NCBI GenBank assembly: GCA_964438025.1
Contig: CAYTIK010000001.1
Span: 47,557 to 101,584, forward strand
DNA: 54,028 bases
Direction of reading: 5' to 3'
Origin: an uncultured Bdellovibrionales bacterium
Lineage (GTDB): Bacteria; Patescibacteriota; Minisyncoccia; Moranbacterales; UBA2206
Shown: piece after piece, positions 28,228 to 37,623 of the stretch
Layout of the letters: each line of letters opens with the position of its first letter
Numbering within the stretch: position 1 is the first letter of the stretch
The notes under the pieces: model-generated
Told to the model about the DNA's origin: nothing
Database searches by the model: none
What the model saw: only the letters and a program-made list of their open reading frames with translations
Position numbers and translations under genes: made by a program

Positions 28228-29499
28228 TTATTCTAAATTTAAAATGTTTTTAATTTCCGGCGCGTTCTTATGTGGTCCAATTATGGCTAAATTAAGCCTT
28301 TTTTTCACAAAAATCTCTTGTGCTACTTTTAGAATATCAAATGGCGTCACTTTGTCAATTTTAGTAAAAATCTCGCTAGGCGTCAGGATTTTTTTCTTTT
28401 TTATTTCCTGGCTGGCAAAAAACATCGCCACTTCATCGGAAGCTTCCAAACCCATCAAGCTCTTACCTTTGATAAAATCTTTGGCTTTTTGCAGCTCTTT
28501 TTTATTAACTTTAAAATTTGCTATTTTTTGATATTCCCGCAAAATTGTTTCAACAGTTAATTCTAAATTTTTATGTTCGACTCCGACTTGCGTGGCTAGA
28601 TAACCGCAATCTGCGTAAGCTTCCACTTCGGTTTTGACATAATAAGCCAAGCCCAGTTTTTCCCGGACTTCAATGAAAAGGCGACTAGACATATTGCCGC
28701 CCAAAATAACAGAGAGCAGCGCTAGGGAAAAACGTTTGGGATGATTCTCCGGATAAGCCCGCGTGCCTAAAATAAAATGAGTCTGGTCGGTTTTTTTAAA
28801 TTTTATCCTAATAGCCGGCTGATTCTGTTTATCTTTAATATCAGCTAATTTGGCTGTTTTCTTTTTCGGCATCCGAGAAAAATATTTTTCTATGGCTTTT
28901 AATGATTTCCTTTCATCCAATTTTCCGGCCACGCAAATTATCGTATTATTGGCCACATAAAAATTTTTAAGATACTCCACAAATTTTTCGCGCTTGAGAG
29001 TTCTGATAATTTCTTTCGTGCCGATGATTTCTCGGCCTAAGGAATTGCCGGCATACAAGAGATTTTCAAAAACATCGGCTACATTTCGGACAGGCGTATC
29101 TTCATACATATTTAATTCCTGCAAAATCGTCCCTTTTTCTTTTTCAATTTCCTCTTTTTCCAGTTTGGAATTAAGAAAGATATCCGCCACCACGTCCAGA
29201 GCCGTTTCGAAATGCTTAGCATCAGCTTTGGCGTAATAAAGCGTCCAATCTTTGGAAGTAAAAGCATTGAATTCTCCGCCGATAGCGTCCAATTCTTCCG
29301 AAATATCCAAAGTCGTCGGCCGCTTAGCTGTGCCTTTGAAAAACATATGTTCCACAAAATGCGACAATCCCGCTTCTTTTTTTGTTTCATATCGCGACCC
29401 CACTCCAACCATCACGGTTACTGTCACTGTTTGCGTCCCGGCTACCGGAACCGTCAGTACACGCAGGCCGTTTTTTAATAAAGTTCTTTTATATTTCAT
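28228..29499 (-). CDS. M16-family (pitrilysin-like) zinc peptidase
   Basis: Inverted zinc motif HFVEHMFFKGT. Confidence 0.9.
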   Translation of the reverse strand: MKYKRTLLKNGLRVLTVPVAGTQTVTVTVMVGVGSRYETKKEAGLSHFVEHMFFKGTAKRPTTLDISEELDAIGGEFNAFTSKDWTLYYAKADAKHFETALDVVADIFLNSKLEKEEIEKEKGTILQELNMYEDTPVRNVADVFENLLYAGNSLGREIIGTKEIIRTLKREKFVEYLKNFYVANNTIICVAGKLDERKSLKAIEKYFSRMPKKKTAKLADIKDKQNQPAIRIKFKKTDQTHFILGTRAYPENHPKRFSLALLSVILGGNMSSRLFIEVREKLGLAYYVKTEVEAYADCGYLATQVGVEHKNLELTVETILREYQKIANFKVNKKELQKAKDFIKGKSLMGLEASDEVAMFFASQEIKKKKILTPSEIFTKIDKVTPFDILKVAQEIFVKKRLNLAIIGPHKNAPEIKNILNLE

Positions 29500-29504
29500 A
29501 AAAA

Positions 29505-30476
29505 TTATTTCTTTCTTACCCTACTTACCCTAATCAACCCACTACACGGCACAACTTCTATCCCCCGTTTTTGCAGTTCGTCCAAAAAGAGATTCATACC
29601 GATGGAATCGGAAGAAATATGGCCCGCAATGACAACATTGATATGCGCTTTTTCCGCTTCCTTTTTGTGTTCTTCGCTCTGATGCATAGAAATAACCGTT
29701 CCGACGCCGGCTTTGGCTAGCTGTTCGTAAATTTTCGGGCTGCCTTCCGTTCCACCGGTTATTTCCGTAAAAACAATTTTCCCGGCATGGCTATCCTCCG
29801 ATCCGGTAAAAAGGCATGGTCCTGATCCTTTTTTGGCTGCTTCGCGATATTCGGGAATTTCCAAAAGCGATTCCAAAACTTCTCCCAGATATTCCGGACG
29901 GTCTTTCTGGATTTTTTTCTGCACAAACTTGGCTACTAAATTATCAGCGGGAGTATGAATATTAATGAGATTGACATTTAAAAGATTAGCCAAATCCACT
30001 GCCATAAAATGATTAATCGGATTAATACCCCGGCTAACTTCGCTGATTTTTACTTTCAAAAGATTTTCGGCAATATTGATGGGAATACCCGATTGCGCCA
30101 AAATATCGGCTTGCATCTGCATCACCTCGCTTAAATCGGCCAAGGATTTCCCTATCGGATGATGATTGATTAGCAAATCAATTTCTTTTTCGGGATTTTT
30201 ATCGTTAAGATATTTCGTAGCCAAAATTTCCGCTCCACCTAAATCAATTCCTGCCATTACTCTTTTTATTTCCTTTTTCCCGCTGTCCAAGTGGATGCGG
30301 GAATCGAGGTATGGATTGCGTAATTTTTCCAGATCAAAAAGTTTCTTTTCTTTGGGAGAAAGTTTTTCATATTTTCCCTTAATTCTTTTCAGATATTTAT
30401 CAACATCCTTGGCCGAACGGAAATCAGCCTTACGGCCCATCTCAATCGCCAGATCAAAAATTTGCTTGATATTCAT
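29505..30476 (-). CDS. Nif3-like dinuclear metal centre protein (DUF34)
   Basis: DLLINHHP and C-terminal AGHISSDSIG pattern. Confidence 0.6.
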   Translation of the reverse strand: MNIKQIFDLAIEMGRKADFRSAKDVDKYLKRIKGKYEKLSPKEKKLFDLEKLRNPYLDSRIHLDSGKKEIKRVMAGIDLGGAEILATKYLNDKNPEKEIDLLINHHPIGKSLADLSEVMQMQADILAQSGIPINIAENLLKVKISEVSRGINPINHFMAVDLANLLNVNLINIHTPADNLVAKFVQKKIQKDRPEYLGEVLESLLEIPEYREAAKKGSGPCLFTGSEDSHAGKIVFTEITGGTEGSPKIYEQLAKAGVGTVISMHQSEEHKKEAEKAHINVVIAGHISSDSIGMNLFLDELQKRGIEVVPCSGLIRVSRVRKK

Positions 30477-30481
30477 AAATT

Positions 30482-31876
30482 TTAAAATCCTAGCTCTTTT
30501 TTTAGATACTCGCTTAATTCTTTTATCGCAACTCTTTTCTGCTCCATCGTATCTCTATCTCTCACCGTCACATCTCCTTTTTCCAAGCTGTCAAAGTCTA
30601 TTGTAATGCAATAGGGCGTGCCAATCTCGTCCTGCCGGCGATATCTTTTCCCAATATTACCATTATTGTCGAACTCGCACATATACTGGGACTTCAAAGC
30701 ATCATATACTTCTTTGGCTTTTTTGACAAGCTCCGGCTTATTGCGAAGCAGTGGGAAAACCGCTACTTTAATCGGCGCTAATTTTTTGTCTAACTTGAGG
30801 ACCGTCCTTATTCCTCCCTCTATTTTTTCTTCGGTATAAGCATCGCAAAGTACGGCCAGAAACGCCCTGGCAACTCCGCCGGAAGATTCAATAATATGCG
30901 GCATGTATTTTTCTTGCGTAGTTGGATCGGCATAAGATAAGTCTTGGCCGGAAAACTTGGAGTGCTGGGTCAAGTCGTAATCTCCGCGCGCGTGGACTCC
31001 TTCCAATTCGGAAAAACCAAAGGGATAATTATATTCAATGTCGTAAGCTTCCTTGGCGTAAAAAACCAAATTCTCATGCTTGTGCCATTTGAGATTTTCT
31101 GCTTTTATGCCGAGATTCAAATAAAATTGCCAGCGATAATCTTTGAGTTTTTCGTATTCCACCATTTCCGTTTCGGGTTTGACAAAATATTGCATTTCCA
31201 TTTGTTCGAATTCCCGAGTGCGGAAAATAAATTGCCGCGCCGTAATTTCGTTGCGGAAAGCCTTGCCAATTTGCGCAATTCCAAAAGGAATCTTTACTCG
31301 GGCTGAATCCAAAACATTTTTATAATTTACATAAATTCCCTGGCAGGTTTCCCCGCGCAAATAGACTGGACTTTTCGTCCAATCTTCCGTAAAATTTCCT
31401 AAATTGGATTTAACTAAAAGATTAAATTTTTTCACTTCCGTCCAATCATTTTTACCGCAATCAGGACATTTTATTTTAGCTTTATTTTCCAAAAATATTT
31501 TATTGATTTCTTTTTCCTCTATCTTCTCGTCCGCTTTAACATTGATACTCTCCAAAAGATGGTCCACGCGGAGCCTCGAATGGCATTTCTTACATTCGGA
31601 TAGCGGATCGGAAAAACCGGACACATGCCCCGAGGCTTCCCAGATTTTCGGATTCATAAAAATACTCGAATCCAAGCCAACGATATCCTCTCGTATCTGA
31701 ACCATAGTTTTCCACCATTCTCTTTTGATGGCATTTTCCAACTCCACTCCATAGGGACCAAAATCATAAACAGCCGAAAATCCGCCATAAATTTCCGAAG
31801 AAGGATAGACAAATCCTCTTCGCTTGCATAAAGAAATAATTTTTTCCATCAAATCGTTTTTATTTTGATTGGGCAT
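30482..31876 (-). CDS. glyQS: Glycine--tRNA ligase (homodimeric class II)
   Basis: RGFVYPSSEIYGG, FRNEITARQFIFRTREFEQME, APIKVAVFPL. Confidence 0.93.
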   Translation of the reverse strand: MPNQNKNDLMEKIISLCKRRGFVYPSSEIYGGFSAVYDFGPYGVELENAIKREWWKTMVQIREDIVGLDSSIFMNPKIWEASGHVSGFSDPLSECKKCHSRLRVDHLLESINVKADEKIEEKEINKIFLENKAKIKCPDCGKNDWTEVKKFNLLVKSNLGNFTEDWTKSPVYLRGETCQGIYVNYKNVLDSARVKIPFGIAQIGKAFRNEITARQFIFRTREFEQMEMQYFVKPETEMVEYEKLKDYRWQFYLNLGIKAENLKWHKHENLVFYAKEAYDIEYNYPFGFSELEGVHARGDYDLTQHSKFSGQDLSYADPTTQEKYMPHIIESSGGVARAFLAVLCDAYTEEKIEGGIRTVLKLDKKLAPIKVAVFPLLRNKPELVKKAKEVYDALKSQYMCEFDNNGNIGKRYRRQDEIGTPYCITIDFDSLEKGDVTVRDRDTMEQKRVAIKELSEYLKKELGF

Positions 31877-31963
31877 AAAGATGTTAAATTATGAGTTATT
31901 AAAACTCCTAGGCTTATTCTAGAGGAAATTTAGTGATTTGGAAAGTATACGAAGTATTAACGT

Positions 31964-31995
31964 AAAAACCGACGGAAAAATTTCGTCGGCTTTTA
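31964..31995. terminator. Bidirectional terminator between glyQS and the accessory block
   Basis: CCGACG-gaaaaattt-CGTCGG flanked by an A-run and a T-run. Confidence 0.6.
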
Positions 31996-32035
31996 TTATT
32001 TGGTGGACATGTCTTAATTATAATTTTTTGGCAAT

Positions 32036-32485
32036 TTAATCGTTATACGGATCTTGTTCGATATATTTATTCAGATCGGAGAGCGCATCTTCAAGAGCTT
32101 CTAAGTTCTCTTGCTTAATTTTTTGACCGCTTCTTCTTGCAGAATCATAGATATTCATTAAAAATGCAAGAAGTCCATGAATATCAAGTACTTTGTCATA
32201 ATTTAACATTTTTCCATTTTCATCAAACGCTTCCGTGTATAACCCCTCTAATCTTAGGCTTAATGCCTCTAGTACTGGCGCTGTTGATTTGAAACTTAAT
32301 TCTGGTTCAATCATTACTTCTCTATTATCTCTACGACCTTCAAATACTGATGAAATAATCGGTTTTTCATGTGGTTTAAACGAAAATATTTGTTTAAATT
32401 TACCCAAATTTTTTATGGGATCTGGGATCTTTTTTTTATCCTCTTGTGACATAGGTATGCCTCCAAATATTTTTGCTTCATCCAT
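32036..32485 (-). CDS. Hypothetical protein
   Basis: Clean ORF, last gene of the accessory block; no motif recognised. Confidence 0.5.
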   Translation of the reverse strand: MDEAKIFGGIPMSQEDKKKIPDPIKNLGKFKQIFSFKPHEKPIISSVFEGRRDNREVMIEPELSFKSTAPVLEALSLRLEGLYTEAFDENGKMLNYDKVLDIHGLLAFLMNIYDSARRSGQKIKQENLEALEDALSDLNKYIEQDPYND

Positions 32486-32645
32486 ATTTTTATTCTTTAA
32501 TTATTATAATTAAACTTCGTCACAACTTAGCTAGACAGCAATAATTCCTAATTCAGCCGAAAGTTTCTTAAAAATTTTATATAAATTATTCGGATGTAAT
32601 TAAAAGTTTTTGTTTTTCCAATTAGGCAAAATGGATTATTTAGAG

Positions 32646-33692
32646 CTATTTTTTATTTTTATCCATTTTCGTTTTAATTCCCTTGATTTCTGATTTTAGT
32701 ATGTTAATTTCTCCAATCGCATTATTAAGCATTTTTCTCAAATCCTCGTTATCATGAACAAGTTCTGCGACATTTGGATCGTTAATTCTACTTTCCTGCC
32801 TAAATCCTTTTTGTCCAACACCTTCTTCTTCTAAGTCAACAAAAACTACTCTCTCCTGTTCATCGGTCCAGCTGTCAATTTTTTTAGTATAATCGGCAAC
32901 AGATTTTTGATACTTAATTATTTCCTCCAATGCAACGGCAGGATCTTTTGGCATTTCATTCCAGCGAGGCTCTTTTGGCGGCCTAGGCTTTCTGTTGCTT
33001 GGATCTCCGTAATGAGCTGTTGAAATAAGCCAATCTCCTTCAGGATCATCGATGGTTGGCCCATCAGCAGCCTCATATTTAGGGGGGTTAGAATTTGGAA
33101 TTTCGTTTTTCTGCACAATTACATATATCGATGACTCTAATTCTATCATCCATCGAGGTATATCGCTTTTTTTAATTACAAAACATTTTTTACCATGCCT
33201 AACCTTAATATCACCATTCTGATTCCAATCTGCAATGTGCTCAGCAAGCTCAGTCCCGCTTTCATTTGGAATTACAAATCGGCCTGGCATTCCGGTACCG
33301 TCAGGTAGTTCCAGCTTAAAATATCTTGAACCTACCTGCGGAGATTTAATTTTATCAGTAACCTCTTTGCCATTAACTAAACATTGAACAATATGTTTCG
33401 TATTTATTTTCTTTTCAAATAAATGACCAGCGATGTACATATTTGCAACGGCCTTTTCATTAATAGGCATCGCCGGTTTTACGCCATCTGGTAAATTTTT
33501 AATTGCTTCTGACCATTCCCCTCTAAACTCCTCGAGCAGCCGTTGTTTTTCAATTACTAACTTGGCTGTTTTTTGCATCGTTTCATATTTTTGTCTTATT
33601 GGATATACATCATCTACTTCTTGATTTATTTTCCAAGCATCTTCCTGTATTTTTTCCATTTCTACTGGTGTTGGCGTAAATTGTTCTTTCAT
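32646..33692 (-). CDS. Hypothetical protein (MKEQ N-terminus, C-terminal coiled coil)
   Basis: Clean 348-aa ORF; the 5' end ATGAAAGAACAA is shared with its two upstream neighbours. Confidence 0.55.
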   Translation of the reverse strand: MKEQFTPTPVEMEKIQEDAWKINQEVDDVYPIRQKYETMQKTAKLVIEKQRLLEEFRGEWSEAIKNLPDGVKPAMPINEKAVANMYIAGHLFEKKINTKHIVQCLVNGKEVTDKIKSPQVGSRYFKLELPDGTGMPGRFVIPNESGTELAEHIADWNQNGDIKVRHGKKCFVIKKSDIPRWMIELESSIYVIVQKNEIPNSNPPKYEAADGPTIDDPEGDWLISTAHYGDPSNRKPRPPKEPRWNEMPKDPAVALEEIIKYQKSVADYTKKIDSWTDEQERVVFVDLEEEGVGQKGFRQESRINDPNVAELVHDNEDLRKMLNNAIGEINILKSEIKGIKTKMDKNKK

Positions 33693-33697
33693 GTTTT

Positions 33698-34360
33698 TTA
33701 ATTAGCTTTTAATTGATTGTTGTTTTCAATTAATTTTAATAGTTTTTCCTTTATTTTTTCTTTATTTTCTTTTGTGTAAAAAGCGTCTTTATGAAAGTGA
33801 CCACCAATCTTTCCGAATCCTTTAATCCTTACTCCTTTCCTAATCTTTCCATGTTCTTCTATTTCTTTTAATCCTATAATTACGTCTACTAATTGATTTC
33901 CTTTAATTAAAGCTTCTTGTCCTCCTAATTTTTCTGCAAGGTATGAAATAGCCAATAGATTTTTTTCCTTAAGAATACTCTCTACTAGTAACTTTTTAAA
34001 ATCTATGCCACATTCGTCAAACTTTTCTATTTGTTTAGCAATTTCATAACCATCGCCTTTATCAAAAATTCTTTCGATTATATCTTTTTTATCAATGTCT
34101 TTAAAATATTCTAAACAATCTACTAATGGTTCGTACCAACCTTTTTCTATAAATCGACGAGCCATTTCCTGACGCATTTCATCTGGACAATACTTTAGTT
34201 TTTTAAGCATATCGGGATATTCGGCGCCGGACATAGATAATGCCGTTTTCTTTTCAGCCTCAGGATAATCCTCGGCTTTTCCTGAATCGACTAGTTTTTT
34301 TAAGCGTGAGGCTTCATCTTGTGCTTCTTCAAAAGTATATTTTGGCATTTGCTCTTTCAT
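33698..34360 (-). CDS. Hypothetical protein sharing an approximately 42-aa N-terminal module with 34408-35169
   Basis: MKEQMPKYTFEEAQDEASRLKKLVDSGKAEDYPEAEKK versus MKEQMPMPQYSHDEAREEASRMEEFIKKGEAKDCPSAEKK. Confidence 0.55.
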   Translation of the reverse strand: MKEQMPKYTFEEAQDEASRLKKLVDSGKAEDYPEAEKKTALSMSGAEYPDMLKKLKYCPDEMRQEMARRFIEKGWYEPLVDCLEYFKDIDKKDIIERIFDKGDGYEIAKQIEKFDECGIDFKKLLVESILKEKNLLAISYLAEKLGGQEALIKGNQLVDVIIGLKEIEEHGKIRKGVRIKGFGKIGGHFHKDAFYTKENKEKIKEKLLKLIENNNQLKAN

Positions 34361-34407
34361 AGAATTATTTATTTTAATTGTAAAAAAATTATATATATCA
34401 GCCTAAG

Positions 34408-35169
34408 CTATTTCTCAAAAATTATTCCAAAAGTTGGTGAAAGTTGCTTGTCGACTTTTACTCCAATTTCTTCCAATGATTTTTCCTGCGATCCGACAAA
34501 AGTAAGTTTTCCTTCCTTGACCGCAGCAAATTCTTCACCTGACCAATAAGCAGAAGCAAAACCTCGGTCAGATGTGTATATCCTCATTTTTACTCCGTTA
34601 ACTTCACCCTCTTCAAATGGAATACTAAGGATTTTTTGTAATTCTTTATCGGCCGCTTTCTTTTTTTCATCTTCCGAAGCATTTTTCAGCCAATTTAAAG
34701 CATTATGAAATTGTTCAAATTTTTTAGTAGGTGGTAAATCTGCATGAGAATTTTCATCCATTGAAACGGAAGCTAGAACTAGCCAAGGTTCTTTTTCTTC
34801 AGTTTTTAAAGAACCCGGTCCCATACGATGGGCACGCATTGTTGGCTCACTAATTTTGCCATTTAAAGCTAACTCCAAAGAAGCCGGATCTGAACCACGG
34901 GATAATACTCGATTAGCAAACATAGCCTCATTGCCTTCTAATTTAAGTGCGTCAGATACAAGATTTGCTGTTTCATTATCTATTAAACGGTTCTTCCTTG
35001 CTTCTTCTATTTTTTGTGTAATTTCCTTGATAGCCCTCTCACGCTCAACTTTTTTTTCGGCTGATGGACAATCCTTAGCTTCTCCTTTTTTTATAAATTC
35101 CTCCATGCGAGAAGCTTCTTCGCGAGCTTCATCATGAGAATATTGCGGCATTGGCATTTGTTCTTTCAT
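34408..35169 (-). CDS. Hypothetical protein, first gene of the accessory block
   Basis: Clean 253-aa ORF with the shared N-terminal module. Confidence 0.55.
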   Translation of the reverse strand: MKEQMPMPQYSHDEAREEASRMEEFIKKGEAKDCPSAEKKVERERAIKEITQKIEEARKNRLIDNETANLVSDALKLEGNEAMFANRVLSRGSDPASLELALNGKISEPTMRAHRMGPGSLKTEEKEPWLVLASVSMDENSHADLPPTKKFEQFHNALNWLKNASEDEKKKAADKELQKILSIPFEEGEVNGVKMRIYTSDRGFASAYWSGEEFAAVKEGKLTFVGSQEKSLEEIGVKVDKQLSPTFGIIFEK

Positions 35170-35373
35170 AATGTTTTTAAATTAATTATAAAAATTAACC
35201 TCTAATGATCTCGCCTATGATGGAAAAACTTTTAATTATTTCCAATAACTAGTTACATGCGAAGTATTTATAATTTAATTATACCACAAGTTCCAACCTA
35301 TTCTAAGGCAATAAAAACAAGGTCCAAGAGGCTTTATTTTTAACCCGTAATCCCACAAATTCCTGTTAAATTC

Positions 35374-35407
35374 ATAACAAATTATTGCGATAGCAAAAAT
35401 TTGTTAT
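35374..35407. promoter_or_regulatory. 34-nt composite palindrome
   Basis: ATAACAAA-tta-TTGCGATAGCAA-aaa-TTTGTTAT; the outer arms are perfect 8 bp. Confidence 0.75.
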
Positions 35408-35440
35408 TTTTATCACTTATCTAGTGCTAAAATAATCCAT

Positions 35441-35476
35441 TACCTCATTTTCATGCGATAGCAAGAATTTGAGGTA
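35441..35476. promoter_or_regulatory. 36-nt composite palindrome 3' of the second PaaX-like gene
   Basis: TACCTCA-ttttca-TGCGATAGCA-agaatt-TGAGGTA. Confidence 0.75.
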
Positions 35477-35501
35477 CATAATTTTTAGTTATCTCTAAAC
35501 A

Positions 35502-36080
35502 CTATCCTATCTCGAAATGATTTTTTAATTCCCTATCATTTTCTATCTTGCTGGCTACAATAAATTGCATTTCACTTGAGCTAAACCCAAAAAATGATCT
35601 AAGAAGTTCTATTTCTTTTTCAAAATCATAAGGATAAACCCAAACGCTTTTTTGCAGTTGAAACAGTCCTAGTTGTTTTATTTTTCCTCTTAACGCTTCC
35701 CTTTTGAGTTTTTGCTTATCTTTAATATCAAAAATAAGTATTCTCCATTTTTCATCCCACTTACTGGGTTTTTTTATTTCCAAATCGTCTATTTGATACT
35801 TCCCAGCCTTTTTTCTGCCTTCCTTAGTCAGAGAAATATAAATTTGGCCGTTTTTATTCTCAAATTGAATTAGGTCTTCTTTTTTCAGTCGATAAAAAGT
35901 ATTGTAAAATCTTTTTTTATATTTTATATTTTTAATCTTATAACCGGCATATTTAACAATTTTCGGTAAAACTCTCGAAACAAAATATGGAGAAGTTGCG
36001 GCGACTGCGATACTTCCCACCAAAAGCATACCTCTAAATATATTTTTAGCTATTTGATTTTTATTTTTTAAAGTCTTCAC
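35502..36080 (-). CDS. PaaX-like / Cas2-fold domain protein, paralog of 6343-6912
   Basis: WDEKWRILIFDIKDKQKLKREALRGKIKQLGLFQLQKSVWVYPYD. About 75% identical to the paralog over the C-terminal half, by eye. Confidence 0.6.
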   Translation of the reverse strand: MKTLKNKNQIAKNIFRGMLLVGSIAVAATSPYFVSRVLPKIVKYAGYKIKNIKYKKRFYNTFYRLKKEDLIQFENKNGQIYISLTKEGRKKAGKYQIDDLEIKKPSKWDEKWRILIFDIKDKQKLKREALRGKIKQLGLFQLQKSVWVYPYDFEKEIELLRSFFGFSSSEMQFIVASKIENDRELKNHFEIG

Positions 36081-36133
36081 GACAAAAACCTTTTTTAAAA
36101 CTTAATCCCGTCTCATATAATTTATAATTATTA

Positions 36134-36169
36134 TACCTCATTTTCATGCTATAGCAAGAAAATAAGGTA
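36134..36169. promoter_or_regulatory. 36-nt composite palindrome 5' of the second PaaX-like gene
   Basis: TACCTCATTTTCATGCTATAGCAAGAAAATAAGGTA, 32/36 identical to 35441-35476. The core TGCTATAGCA is a perfect palindrome. Confidence 0.75.
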
Positions 36170-36189
36170 TAAACAAAAGTTAATGTTTG

Positions 36190-36218
36190 TGGACCCAGGC
36201 AGAATCGAACTGCCGTCT
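36190..36218 (-). tRNA. 3' portion of a tRNA-Ala-like gene (variable loop, T-arm, acceptor 3' strand, discriminator)
   Basis: Minus strand reads AGAC GGCAG TTCGATT CTGCC TGGGTCC A. The acceptor strand pairs 7/7 (with G3.U70) with GGGCCCA at 36389-36395. Confidence 0.6.
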
Positions 36219-36242
36219 CAACAATGCGCCCCATTAAATTAT

Positions 36243-36316
36243 TGGTGGACTTAGCGAGAATCGAACTCGCGTCTCCGCAATGCGAATGCGGCGTGCTACC
36301 ACTATACCATAAGCCC
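36243..36316 (-). tRNA. tRNA-Ala (anticodon CGC), CCA encoded
   Basis: GGGCTTA TG GTAT AGTGGTA GCAC G CCGCA TTCGCAT TGCGG AGAC GCGAG TTCGATT CTCGC TAAGTCC ACCA. G3.U70 is present. Confidence 0.9.
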
Positions 36317-36350
36317 GAATAATGAATTATTTAACGGGGTAAAAATGTCG

Positions 36351-36395
36351 CGTCTGCCTGCTGGCAGGCAGGTTATACCACTAGACCATGGGCCC
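36351..36395 (-). tRNA. 5' portion of a tRNA-Ala-like gene (acceptor 5' strand, D-arm, aberrant palindromic anticodon-arm substitute)
   Basis: GGGCCCA TG GTCT AGTGGTA TAAC C, then the 18-nt palindrome CTGCCTGCCAGCAGGCAG. Only 4-, 6- or 8-nt loops are possible. No T-arm follows. Confidence 0.55.
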
Positions 36396-36400
36396 TAAAA

Positions 36401-37585
36401 TTATAAATATTTTTTTCCTTTTAATTCCTTCGGTAAATATTCTTGCTCCGAGCTATCCTCTACTGGCGTATATTTGTAGCCCTGGCCGTATTTTAAATCT
36501 TTCATTAATTTTGTGGGCGCGTTCCGGATATGGAGCGGCACCGGCAAATTACCCCATTTTTCCACATCTTCCTTGGCTTTATTATAAGCTTCATAAGCTA
36601 CGATGCTTTTCTGACTTTTGGCCAAATAAATTACGCATTGCGCCAAATGGACGTTGCATTCAGGATAACCTAACTTGTGGCAGGCGTCAAAAACCGCATT
36701 GGCTAAAAGAAGAGCTGTATTATTAGCCAGCCCGATATCTTCACTAGCAAAACGCACTAATCTCCGAGCAATATAGAGCGGATCTTCCCCGCCTTCCACC
36801 ATCCGCGCCAGCCAATAAACGGCCGCATCCGCATCGCCGCCGCGCATGGATTTATGCAGCGCGGAAATTATATTATAATGTTCTTCCCCGCTTTTATCAT
36901 AAAGCAGATGGGATTTTTGCAAAACTTTTTTGACCAATTCTTCCGTCACTTCCACCCTTTGATTTAAACACGCTTCCAAGGTATTGAGAGCCATCCGGGC
37001 GTCGCCGTTGGAAAAACGCGCAATCATTTTCAAAATATCCGTTTTGACTTTTTTCTGTATTTTCTGCAACGCTCTTTGGAGAATTTTTTCAATATCTTCA
37101 TTGCCCAATCTTTGCAAAACAAAAACTCTGGCGCGAGAAAGTAAAGCGGAGATAACTTCAAAACTGGGATTTTCCGTGGTCGCCCCGATTAAAGTCAGCG
37201 TTCCGTTTTCTACTTGCGGCAAGAGCGCGTCCTGCTGGGCTTTATTCCAGCGATGAATTTCATCGATAAACAATACTGTTTTACGCCCGATTTTTCTATT
37301 CCCTTTGGCTCTTTCAATAATTTTCAACAAATCTTTTTTACCGCTCGATACCGCGCTTAAATTCAAAAAATCCGACTGCGTTTCTTTGGCAATAATAAAA
37401 GCCAGGGTGGTTTTGCCGCTCCCTGGCGGTCCCCAAAAAATCAAAGACGGTACGCGATCACTCTTAATTGCCCCCCTCAAGAAGGAACCTTGGCCCAAAA
37501 GCTCTGCCTGCCCAAAAACCTCCTCAAGACTTTGAGGACGGATAATATCGGCTAAAGGTGCATTGAGTGCAGAGTTATTTTCCAT
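36401..37585 (-). CDS. rarA: Replication-associated recombination protein A (AAA+ ATPase)
   Basis: [21 protein letters not shown], MgsA C-terminal domain. Start moved to MENNSALN. Confidence 0.92.
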   Translation of the reverse strand: MENNSALNAPLADIIRPQSLEEVFGQAELLGQGSFLRGAIKSDRVPSLIFWGPPGSGKTTLAFIIAKETQSDFLNLSAVSSGKKDLLKIIERAKGNRKIGRKTVLFIDEIHRWNKAQQDALLPQVENGTLTLIGATTENPSFEVISALLSRARVFVLQRLGNEDIEKILQRALQKIQKKVKTDILKMIARFSNGDARMALNTLEACLNQRVEVTEELVKKVLQKSHLLYDKSGEEHYNIISALHKSMRGGDADAAVYWLARMVEGGEDPLYIARRLVRFASEDIGLANNTALLLANAVFDACHKLGYPECNVHLAQCVIYLAKSQKSIVAYEAYNKAKEDVEKWGNLPVPLHIRNAPTKLMKDLKYGQGYKYTPVEDSSEQEYLPKELKGKKYL

Positions 37586-37623
37586 CAAGTCTATCTTAAG
37601 CCATAACCGCCATTTCCGCAAAA

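Noticed and set aside
30794-30810. CTTGAGGACCGTCCTTA in glyQS as another copy of the atpD palindrome element
   Set aside because: It encodes the native conserved RTVLKL segment of GlyRS, has only one arm, and adds no extra residues. It is probably coincidence, or at most the sequence from which the element arm derives.
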